The notes under the pieces were generated by a model. That model had not been told where the DNA came from and did not search any database. It saw only the letters and a list, made by a program, of their open reading frames with translations. Shown in pieces: positions 31,809-41,000 of a stretch of DNA of 64,000 nt (the stretch's first letter is position 1; every line of letters starts with the position of its first letter). Origin of the DNA: a virus (taxonomy: Duplodnaviria > Caudoviricetes); IMG/VR virus record IMGVR_UViG_3300022654_000689. One strand, given 5' to 3'. The position numbers and the translations under genes are program-made.

Positions 31809-32192
31809 TTAATCTATTGCTACTTCACATTGAACTAATAGTTCATTAATAACATTTATTACTTTTTCTTTATTAGTGTTATAGAATTTATGAAGATCAT
31901 CGAATTTTTCAAGTTCATCATTATTATATGATGCTATAAATTCTTTGACATCCTGTTCTGTTAATAGATATAAAGACATTTTACCATAGTAAATTTCAGG
32001 TGGTAATTCCATACTTATTAAATTATTATAGTATTCTATTCCTGTTCGTTCTATCATATAATCATAGATATCGTTTGTTTCTCTATCAAATAATACAACT
32101 CTGTTTTTATCATTATTATCTTTAAATGTTACTTTTACATATCTAGATTCTAAACCTTCTATAAACATTACATCGTTTACTAAATATATCAT
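31809..32192 (-). CDS. Small paralog-family protein (RY..YD family), C-terminal tag diverged
   Basis: LESRYVKVTF..VLFDRETNDIYDY; ends ELLVQCEVAID. Confidence 0.75.
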   Translation of the reverse strand: MIYLVNDVMFIEGLESRYVKVTFKDNNDKNRVVLFDRETNDIYDYMIERTGIEYYNNLISMELPPEIYYGKMSLYLLTEQDVKEFIASYNNDELEKFDDLHKFYNTNKEKVINVINELLVQCEVAID

Positions 32193-32258
32193 ATAAATAC
32201 CTCCTAATTTGATCTAATAATTTTTATTACCATAGAAATAATATATAATTGAAATTTA

Positions 32259-32609
32259 TTATAATACGCCTTCTACTATTCGTTTAGTAATTTCTTTATC
32301 AAATTCTTCATGTTTATCTTTATTAAATTTAATAAAATTTAAAAATCTGCAAAGTACAGGATGGAATTGTCTACTAATGTTTTTATAAACATAAACTTTT
32401 AGTTCTTTACCTGTCGTATCTCTGTATGTGAATGTATCATTGTATCCACTAAGCGGAGCTAGTGAATAAAGATAAAACTGTTTATCAACAGTATCGTATA
32501 CAATCCATAATTGGTCTTCTTCGTAATTAATATCTATCATTATAAAATAATATCTACCTTCTATATCACTGGCTACTGTATCAACAAATCTAATAGAATA
32601 TTGATCCAT
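32259..32609 (-). CDS. Small paralog-family protein (RY..YD family) with conserved C-terminal tag
   Basis: IEGRYYFIMI..IVYDTVDKQFYLY; ends TKRIVEGVL. Confidence 0.78.
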   Translation of the reverse strand: MDQYSIRFVDTVASDIEGRYYFIMIDINYEEDQLWIVYDTVDKQFYLYSLAPLSGYNDTFTYRDTTGKELKVYVYKNISRQFHPVLCRFLNFIKFNKDKHEEFDKEITKRIVEGVL

Positions 32610-32621
32610 AATTTTATCCTC

Positions 32622-32999
32622 CTATATCATAGATTCTATTACTTCTTTTTTACAAGATTCTATTAATGTATTATCATTGACGATATATTCTTCTAAATAC
32701 ATAAACTTATCATCAACTAATTTTCCATATTCTGGTGTTTTGTAAATATATACATTAGCCATTACAGTAGTACAATCATCTAAATATAATGAATAACGAT
32801 CGTTGTAAGACAATCCTTTAACATTATCAGTAATATATTCATAGCCGTAAATTTTTTCGTCAATACTATCGAATATCACCCACCACGCATCTTCAGTATC
32901 AAATTCATCTTCTCTTATTCCTCTAAGTAGAATATTGTAATATCTTTCCGTTGATTCTGACAAATCAAGATCAATGACTTCTATAAATTTATAATACAT
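32622..32999 (-). CDS. Small paralog-family protein (RY..YD family) with conserved C-terminal tag
   Basis: STERYYNILL..VIFDSIDEKIYGY; ends KKEVIESMI. Confidence 0.78.
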   Translation of the reverse strand: MYYKFIEVIDLDLSESTERYYNILLRGIREDEFDTEDAWWVIFDSIDEKIYGYEYITDNVKGLSYNDRYSLYLDDCTTVMANVYIYKTPEYGKLVDDKFMYLEEYIVNDNTLIESCKKEVIESMI

Positions 33000-33017
33000 A
33001 GAAACCTCCTAATTTAA

Positions 33018-33416
33018 CTATAATAAATTATCAACTATCATTCTTTCTATATCTTTTGTAACTTCATCTAATTTTTCATAATTAAATACATATTCCATTA
33101 TAACTGGAGACATATATCCATTCATTTCATCTAACGAATATAATACACCATTTATACCAGCAATAATTTTACTTGAATTATAATTTTCTTTATTAATTAA
33201 ACTGTAATTATAAAATTTTTTATCATCATTGTCCCATATTAATCTTATTACATATATATTAAAAATAATATCGTTTAAATCTGAAGACACTTCTAATTCA
33301 ACTAAATAATATCTTTCGTTATCATTAATTGGGCTGACCAATTTAACTGAAAGTTCATTCCATATATCCGTTTGAATTTTAAATGTTGTAAATGGAGTTA
33401 TATACTTCTTATTCAT
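33018..33416 (-). CDS. Small paralog-family protein (RY..YD family) with conserved C-terminal tag
   Basis: DNERYYLVEL..LIWDNDDKKFYNY; ends ERMIVDNLL. Confidence 0.78.
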   Translation of the reverse strand: MNKKYITPFTTFKIQTDIWNELSVKLVSPINDNERYYLVELEVSSDLNDIIFNIYVIRLIWDNDDKKFYNYSLINKENYNSSKIIAGINGVLYSLDEMNGYMSPVIMEYVFNYEKLDEVTKDIERMIVDNLL

Positions 33417-33420
33417 AATA

Positions 33421-33777
33421 TCACTCCCTATTAATTAACTCATTAAATTTTTCATCTACAGTTCGTTTATGCATTTCATAGAATTTTTTAAAATCTGTAG
33501 TGTACCTACTTCCATTGTTTACATTAATTAGAGTTATAAAATATTCATCATTGTTAGATAAATATTCAATATCATTATTAGAACGTAATCCGAAAAATGA
33601 CATATTAGGTTTTCTTAAAAAATCGAATATTGCTTTTTGCTCTTTATCATAAACTATATTAAATTCTGTATTGAACGTTTCTTTACCAATTCTTTCCTTA
33701 GCTATAATACTAACTAAATAATATCTTTCGTTTTTATCACTTAGTTCTCTATTAACATTTTTTAATTCAAATTCCAT
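33421..33777 (-). CDS. Small paralog-family protein (RY..YD family), C-terminal tag absent
   Basis: KNERYYLVSI..IVYDKEQKAIFDF; ends NELINRE, with the TGA stop inside the SD of the next gene. Confidence 0.78.
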   Translation of the reverse strand: MEFELKNVNRELSDKNERYYLVSIIAKERIGKETFNTEFNIVYDKEQKAIFDFLRKPNMSFFGLRSNNDIEYLSNNDEYFITLINVNNGSRYTTDFKKFYEMHKRTVDEKFNELINRE

Positions 33778-33791
33778 ATTAATCTTCTCCT

Positions 33792-34163
33792 TTATAATAA
33801 ATTATCTATATAAGATTTTTCAATAAGCTTTTCAGTATACTCTATATTATCCGTAAGTTCTTTCATAACAGCATCAGTATCTATAATTACACCAATACAG
33901 CCTCTAACAACTTCCTTATCAACTTTAGTTGCATAATATGTTTTGTTATCGTTAGCTTCATATATAGCTACCACTTCACTTCCAGATATCTTTCTTTTCA
34001 TTAATACTACATGCTCAAATTTTTTTAATATAGTATCATATAAATATACAGGCCCGTATAATGTATCACGTATAGCAATTCGTATAAATATATATCTATC
34101 GTCTTTGCTGCATCTTTCAGTTTTAACTTCAATTTTTTCCATAATATCAAATATTGATTTCAT
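33792..34163 (-). CDS. Small paralog-family protein (RY..YD family) with conserved C-terminal tag
   Basis: KDDRYIFIRI..YLYDTILKKFEHV; ends EKSYIDNLL. ATG 34163 follows GGAGGAG; the track start at 34178 is within the SD. Confidence 0.78.
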   Translation of the reverse strand: MKSIFDIMEKIEVKTERCSKDDRYIFIRIAIRDTLYGPVYLYDTILKKFEHVVLMKRKISGSEVVAIYEANDNKTYYATKVDKEVVRGCIGVIIDTDAVMKELTDNIEYTEKLIEKSYIDNLL

Positions 34164-34186
34164 AATATACTCCTCCAAATTTAATT

Positions 34187-34537
34187 TTATATCATACTAT
34201 CAACTACAATAGATTTTACTTTTTTAAAAAACTCTGTATTGTTTTTCATTTCGTTGTCTAGAAATTTTCCATGTTCAGAAAAAGTTATATCATCCATTAT
34301 CAATATAGGGGTTGGTTCCTTACTATAAAAACCTCTTATGAAAAAATCTGTATCTACGTCTATATCATCAGGATCCATTGTATAATTAACTAAACATTCG
34401 TTTAAAGTATCATATAAAAACCAATCAGTAATATACTCATCACCAACCATAATATCGAATTCTAAACTTACAAATCTACCACAAATAGTATTAAGATAAT
34501 CAACATTTTTTACCCCAATAATTTTAATATCACTCAA
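34187..34537 (-). CDS. Small paralog-family protein (RY..YD family) with conserved C-terminal tag
   Basis: ICGRFVSLEF..FLYDTLNECLVNY; ends KSIVVDSMI. Confidence 0.75.
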   Translation of the reverse strand: MSDIKIIGVKNVDYLNTICGRFVSLEFDIMVGDEYITDWFLYDTLNECLVNYTMDPDDIDVDTDFFIRGFYSKEPTPILIMDDITFSEHGKFLDNEMKNNTEFFKKVKSIVVDSMI

Positions 34538-34549
34538 TGATAAACCCCC

Positions 34550-34882
34550 TTATAATTGGATTTCTACTAAATGTCTTTCAAGTTCTTTAATAAGTGTTTC
34601 TTCCCCTACGGAATTCATATAATTAAAGAAAATTCTATCATTTTTATATTCACTAGGTGAAGCTTTATATACCGAATGTCCTTCTAAATCTATAAATAAT
34701 TTTTTAGACTCATCATCAGAATGGTATTCATGTGGAATAAGTTCCTTACTTAAACTATCATATAAAACAGTCCAATCACTATCAATTGTGAAATTATCAC
34801 ACATATAATATTGTATTAAGTAATATCTATCATCAGGATCAATTAAATGTATCTTCACAAATTCAACTTTTAATATTAACAT
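34550..34882 (-). CDS. Small paralog-family protein (RY..YD family) with conserved C-terminal tag
   Basis: PDDRYYLIQY..VLYDSLSKELIPH; ends ERHLVEIQL. Confidence 0.78.
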   Translation of the reverse strand: MLILKVEFVKIHLIDPDDRYYLIQYYMCDNFTIDSDWTVLYDSLSKELIPHEYHSDDESKKLFIDLEGHSVYKASPSEYKNDRIFFNYMNSVGEETLIKELERHLVEIQL

Positions 34883-34900
34883 AAATACCTCCTAGAAATA

Positions 34901-34926
34901 AAGGTAAGACTATACGGTCTTACCTT
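34901..34926 (-). terminator. Hairpin after RNAP subunit gene (terminator or processing stem)
   Basis: aaggtaagac-tatacg-gtcttacctt. Confidence 0.6.
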
Positions 34927-35476
34927 AATGATTTAGTATATGAATTCCTATAATTTGGTCTTTATCTAATGAAAGTTTCTTGTTAAATTTACCATCATTG
35001 TTACTTATGATTAAGTTTACAGGAGATAATATCTCAAATGTTTTCTTCATATCTTCATCAAATATAGGTACTACATTCAGAACGTCGCCATCAAAGTCAC
35101 CTGCTAATGACACAAGTAAATTATTACTTATACTTAATGTTAAATCACTATAGTCTTTCTTAATCTCTCCTATTCTTAAGAAGAATATTGACCCGATCGC
35201 TAAGGTTGGATTGCGGTTTAAAAGTATTCTTAAACCAGTTTTAGTCTTATTCTTTAATAACATTAAATACTTATACATCTCTTCATCGAATTTTAATGAT
35301 TTTTGTCTCCATATCTTTTCAGCTTCTATATAGTTTATATTCTTACTAGCACTTATCATACTTACTAATTGATACTTATAAAGCTCACAAGCGCCCACAT
35401 ATGGTATATCAACTTCATCTATTGGTGCGTTTATCTTTGGTGTTATAACGAATCTAGCTGAGAAGTTTATCTTGGA
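34925..35476 (-). CDS. Exon 2 of phage multisubunit RNA polymerase beta'-like (N-terminal half) subunit, catalytic DxDGD
   Basis: SKINFSARFVITP (cf. GKRVDYSGRSVI), LLNRNPTL (cf. NRAPTLH) and LAGDFDGDVLN (cf. NADFDGD). Confidence 0.93.
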   Translation of the reverse strand, partial: SKINFSARFVITPKINAPIDEVDIPYVGACELYKYQLVSMISASKNINYIEAEKIWRQKSLKFDEEMYKYLMLLKNKTKTGLRILLNRNPTLAIGSIFFLRIGEIKKDYSDLTLSISNNLLVSLAGDFDGDVLNVVPIFDEDMKKTFEILSPVNLIISNNDGKFNKKLSLDKDQIIGIHILNH

Positions 35477-35564
35477 CATATATGTTAACTGTATATTTCT
35501 ATACAGATCAGACTATATCTTCACCATCTCTGGTGCTCCATGTTTCCACTCAATTAAGTGTACT

Positions 35565-36557
35565 CTACTCCCTTATTAACGGTTTCGATAGTCGTTGAAC
35601 TTCTATAAATTCTTCAATTAAATTTAATAACTCTTTTTTCTGTTTATAAGAAATACGTAATAATGGTATATTATGGTCTTTACAATAATTATTCTTAATT
35701 GAATCTCTTTGTTGACATTCTTTTAATTTTTCTTCCGGATTTCTATTAAGAATTTTATCATGATATTCACCATCATATTCAATTATACAATTTAAATCTG
35801 TAATATAAAAATCGAAACGAAGAGGGTAACCTGTTTTAGGATTTATTAAGCCATCAAAAGTTTTTTCAATTTCGAAATTTATGTTTTCAGATTCTAAATA
35901 CATTTGTATAAATTTTGTGGAATTTGATTGAATGTTTGAGGCACAGTATGGACATCTTCTGCCATCTAAAAATTTACCAGGACTAACTTTATATCTATTG
36001 CCACATTTTTTATGAGTTACAGAAATCTTACCATCACGCCCCTTATTAAACTTTTCTTCAAAATTATATTCATCATAATCAATACATTCTTTTTTAATTA
36101 GATTCATATAATAACTATGAGGTTTTCGTTTTTTAGAACCTATTCGTTCACCTCGGTGTTTAGGGCATCTTTGTCCTGATAGAAAATTATTAACTGTCAT
36201 TTCAAAAATATGTCCACACGTTATATGTTTAAATTTAACTTTGTCAGCAGTTGTTTTATAGTGTAACCAGTCATGTATTAAATATTCTGATTTACCTTCA
36301 ACATCAATACGTTTAATTATATCATTTTTACTTAATTTTTGATTACTAACATGTTCATTTTTTGAACATTCAGGGCATCCTGTAGCTTTTTTAGCAGTTA
36401 CATGGCATGCAGTAGTTTTCCACTTACAACCACATTTTAAACATTCAAATTCCATACGATTTTTAGCCAATGTATAAATATCATGAGTTATTATTGTTCC
36501 TTTTGATACGCGTTTTAAATCTTCTATAAACTCATTATGAGTTTTTCTTTTAGTCAT
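35565..36557 (-). CDS. Intron-encoded homing endonuclease (zinc-ribbon repeats plus Vsr/DUF559-like, EDxHD-type PD-(D/E)xK domain)
   Basis: Three C/H-x2-C...CPxC/H repeats; C-terminal LRFDFYITDLNCIIEYDGEYHD..RDSIKNNYC..IPLLRI. Confidence 0.85.
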   Translation of the reverse strand: MTKRKTHNEFIEDLKRVSKGTIITHDIYTLAKNRMEFECLKCGCKWKTTACHVTAKKATGCPECSKNEHVSNQKLSKNDIIKRIDVEGKSEYLIHDWLHYKTTADKVKFKHITCGHIFEMTVNNFLSGQRCPKHRGERIGSKKRKPHSYYMNLIKKECIDYDEYNFEEKFNKGRDGKISVTHKKCGNRYKVSPGKFLDGRRCPYCASNIQSNSTKFIQMYLESENINFEIEKTFDGLINPKTGYPLRFDFYITDLNCIIEYDGEYHDKILNRNPEEKLKECQQRDSIKNNYCKDHNIPLLRISYKQKKELLNLIEEFIEVQRLSKPLIRE

Positions 36558-36580
36558 AACAAAACCTCCACAAAAATTGA

Positions 36581-36592
36581 TATAGTTTTGTT
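36581..36592 (-). promoter_or_regulatory. AACA-N6-TA promoter motif inside the intron, upstream of the homing endonuclease
   Basis: Minus strand aaca-aaacta-ta, 24 nt before the ATG. Confidence 0.6.
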
Positions 36593-36679
36593 ATAATTTT
36601 TGAAGAATTTATAGTAGCTGCTGATTGTCTCAATGAGAGGTTCCAGCAATTAATGGAGTTTTAATTGAGCTACCAATTA

Positions 36680-37375
36680 ACCCAAATTATTCTTTCTTAA
36701 CCATCCACGTTTACCCATAAGATAATCTTTTATTATTGTCATAAATATCTTATTAGCAAACATTTGTATATTGTATAATAACGGCATTATTATATATTCA
36801 GCTGTGATGCCATTTATCTCTTTAAGATATCTAAGTATCATATTGTATTCATTATTAATTTCATCAAACGTTATTGTATTCGAAATTAGAGTACAAGGTC
36901 TTTGTTTGGCATTTAATACAGGAAACTTGTTTATCCATACGTACTTCATATTAGCCATTATAAATTTATATTCATCTGGATACTTTTTCTGATTTCCCCA
37001 CTCATTGACTATTCTTACAAAATTATCTTTAAATTCTCTTAATCCTATATTATCATCTTTTTCGTCTTCTTCATTTTCTTCTTCAATTTCTCCTTCTCTA
37101 CTTATAAGTTTATCATATGATATTATCTTATTAAGTTTTTTAGTTCCTAATATTCGCTCTAAATGTTTAAACATAACTGGATTAATTATATAGTGTTCTT
37201 CTAAATCAATCCATCCTAATTCTTCATTTTCATCATCAGCCATATCTCCAAATATCTTTTCACTGAATACTCCATCTTCTGTAAACGTTTTATCTTTATT
37301 AAGTGGACTAAAATTAGTTATCTTATTCTCTTCTTTAAAGTCATTATTAAAATCTGCTAATTTTATCTTTTTCAT
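36680..37375 (-). CDS. Exon 1 of phage RNA polymerase beta'-like (N-terminal half) subunit (spliced product about 415 aa)
   Basis: DGVFSEKIFG (cf. DGLFCxRIFG), GWIDL, FPVLNAKQRP, GKRGWLRKNNLG (cf. GKQGRFRQNLLG). Confidence 0.9.
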
Positions 37376-37458
37376 TACAACTCACTCCTTTAATTTTAAT
37401 TTAATGCTAATATATAATATATATTTTATTTATCTAATATTTTTATTAATTTGAGGTT

Positions 37459-37470
37459 AACAATACAATA
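37459..37470 (+). promoter_or_regulatory. AACA-N6-TA promoter motif (37537 operon)
   Basis: aaca-atacaa-ta. Confidence 0.6.
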
Positions 37471-37536
37471 TTATAATAATTAGGTTTTTTATTTCTAAAA
37501 AATTTAAAAATAGAAATAAAATAAGGAGGTAAAAAT

Positions 37537-37992
37537 ATGGAATATGGTTATATACTAATTTTAGCAATTTTATCAGGGGTGGGAGCATACAAATATGTAA
37601 AAACCAAACAACTTAAAGAAATTAAAATTTCAAAAATGGTTCCGCAACAAAGAGATATGGACATAGACTTTAAATATATGAAATTTTTAATTAAAGAAGA
37701 ATGTGATAATGTAGAAAAATTAGTACTTGACCCAAAACACCGAAATAAAGGTGAGTTTTCATTAATTGAAGACAATATTCATAAAGAAGCTGTAATACTA
37801 GCCAGTAAATCTGTATTGAATAAGTTATCCGAAGAACAATCAAAGATTATAGCTTTTTATTGTGGTGTAGATTCTTTAGAAAAATTTATATGTGATATAA
37901 TTATAAGAGATCTAAGAGACCGAGTTAATAAATTTAATAATAAAACACTTAGTAAATATAATATGAGTGACCTGTACAATGATGAAAAATAA
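37537..37992 (+). CDS. Hypothetical membrane-anchored protein
   Basis: N-terminal hydrophobic segment YGYILILAILSGVGAY; SD AAGGAGGT. Confidence 0.7.
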   Translation: MEYGYILILAILSGVGAYKYVKTKQLKEIKISKMVPQQRDMDIDFKYMKFLIKEECDNVEKLVLDPKHRNKGEFSLIEDNIHKEAVILASKSVLNKLSEEQSKIIAFYCGVDSLEKFICDIIIRDLRDRVNKFNNKTLSKYNMSDLYNDEK

Positions 37993-38013
37993 AGAAAGGG
38001 GATGAATTAAGTA

Positions 38014-41000
38014 ATGTCAAAAACAAATAATGCGATTGAGGCGGCAGTGACGCCATTTAATAATTTTCATAAAAAGAGCATTATTAAAGATATCCCACCA
38101 TTGTATCTTTATAAATCTAAATATGATAATGTAATTTATATATCATATTTAGATAATGGAAATTGCACTATAGAAATAAGAGATAAAGATATGCATAAAA
38201 TTAAAAATATGCAAAGTAGACAACTAAATGAAAATATTATTTTTATTGATGAAACTGAAGATTTTTTATTTTGCATAACTGAAAACCTTAAAGTTTATAA
38301 ATATGAAAAAGATAAAACTTATGGTCTAGGTATGCGTGAAGAGATTGACTATGGTTTAAATCTTTTAAAAATGAATGACATTTATAATAATTTTTTCACA
38401 TCTAATGATACATATTTAATTTTAATAATTAATAATAATGCTTTTATAATTAATAAAATTACAAATAAATATTTTTTATATGAAAATATTTTCAATATAA
38501 ATGATTACACATATCTTATGGTTGGACCTGATAAAGACGAATATGTAATAACTAAAAAAAGTGAAAAAATTTTAATAAAACCTTTACATTTAAATTTAGA
38601 TGGCATAATGGAACCGTTATTCATCGCTACAACAGATAATGAACTCATTATTTGTTGTAAACACACAAATTCATATATTGACGAAAAAACTTTTATAAGA
38701 AAATTAAATTATAAATATTATGCAATCGTTTACAAATACAATGATAATCAGGAAACATTAGAACCGTATCCATATGAAATTCCTGAAGGATATGTTCCTA
38801 CATGTGTAGAAGGTTTTGATAAACATGCTGCATTTGGATTAAGAAATGAAAATATTAGTATTGAAGCGGATCAAAATAAACATTTATTATTAATTGTAGA
38901 TATTCCAAATTTATTAAATAATTCAGCTAATACAGAAAAAGAAAATTTAAAATTAGATATAACAAGACATAAACAATATAGTACTAAATTTAAAAATTCA
39001 AATTTTGTAAGTGTAACAAGAGATAATACGTATATATATGCTGGAAGTGAGAATGGTGATATTACAATATTTAATATAAACGATTTTTATGATACAAGTA
39101 GCCAATATAGAATAATAACTAAGAGGAATGAAGATTTTGTTATAACTCAATATGAAGATTATTTATCTTACATTCCAGGAAACACTACAGAATTAACATA
39201 TTTAGGTAATTCTAGTTTTTATATAAATAACGCATGTAATGGAAGACTAAATTTTATATATGTTGACGGTTATTATTTATATGCAGCTAGTAAAAATAAT
39301 CACGATATAACAGTATATATACGAGATGTAAAGCCTAGTATAGTTAAAGATTCTGATAAAATATATACTTACGTAAAAGATTCGTCATATATGATAAACT
39401 ATAGTGCAACTATTGATCATGATGATAAACTGATTCAATCACGTTATAGATTTAGTTTAATTATTAATGGAAAAACTACAATTATTAAAGATTGGTCTAC
39501 ATACTACTATTCTCGTTATAAAATAAAAGAAAAATTAGAAGTTAATCTTAAGAATTTAGATTATTATAATTGTAAACTTTTAATAGAAGTAGAAGATATT
39601 AACGGAGTTAAAGTAGATTCAGAATATGAATTAGATATGTTATTAGATAAAGAATGTAGATTATTTAGTAATAAAATTATTATACCATATAAAACGATAC
39701 CCGACAAAGATTTAACTCTTAAATATAGTTTTTATATCTTGAATAATGACACTCTTGAACTAATTGAACATGATGAGTTTAATATATTGTCTACTCATAA
39801 TACTGAATGGAATGTAACTATAGCAGAAGACAAATGCAAAAAGTTAGATGCTGATGGGAATCTTATAGATATTATAATTCCTCACATTAATACAACTCCG
39901 GTAAATATTCATAATTTTGACTATATAGAAATATATAAACCAGAAATAACTGATAATATTAAGAAAAAAATACTATATTTAACATATACATTTGAAGCTA
40001 AAGATGAAAATTGGTCTAAACGATATCCTGAAAATGATGAATATTATATTTATGACTTAAGCGAATTTTATAAACCTAAAGCTATTGCTAAAGCTGATGG
40101 AGGAATATCGAATATTGACAAATTTAATATTTTAGATTTGTCATACGGTCCAGGTATAGAAACAGTACAATCATTATTATTCAAAGGTGAATCTGGAAAT
40201 AAGTACGAAATGACAATAACTAATGAAGGTAATATAGCTCTTAACAAAGTAATTACTTCATCAGAAAATATAGTTGATAATATCAAATTATGTTTTAGAG
40301 TTAATGATAACTCTAAATATGATTTTGGAATAAAGTCACCTGATGGAAAAATATGGGATTTTGATATTATATCTAATAGTAATGGTAGACACAAACATAA
40401 ATATTTAGTGCCTTATTATGTAGATAATGAGAATACTTTAAGAAATTTATATGGTATGAAATATAAACTTAGAAATGATAGTTCTTCAGAAGAAAAAATA
40501 ATAACAGAAAACGTGGCAAAATATTTGGTAGGTAAAACTATTTATTTATACTCATCTAGTTCATATACATTTACTAATGGTTTAGAACGAGAAAATTTAT
40601 TTTTATATAAAAAAGATTATGACTATGATAACATTGAAAATATTGTTAAAGCATTGTCAAATCCTATAAAATCTAGCATAATACGTGATAACGAGTTAGA
40701 AAAATATAAACTTACAGATAAATATGATAAATATGGAGAACCTACTAATAATAAAAATAAAATAGGTTATACAATGCATCCTAATGGTTTAGCTGAAGAA
40801 ACATTTAAAGACCATAGTCATTATTTTAATGTATATATAGATGGTCTAAAACTGCCATATAAATATATAGAGTCTGATACTGATAAACGTGGTGAATATT
40901 CTGTAAAATTCGAATATGATAACACTAAAGAAACATCATTTATAATAGATTCTGATAAAAATAAATTAATAAATTATGACGATACCAGTTATAATAATTT

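Larger units (their letters stand above)
35477..36679 (-). mobile_element. Group I intron (1203 nt) carrying a homing endonuclease ORF
   Basis: Minus strand: P1 forms between exon UUGGGU and IGS GCUCAA. Core elements P AATTGCTGGAA, Q AATCAGCAGC, R GTTCAACGACTA and S AAGATATAGTCT are present. The terminal G is at 35477. Splicing gives LRKNNLG|SKINFSAR. Confidence 0.94.
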
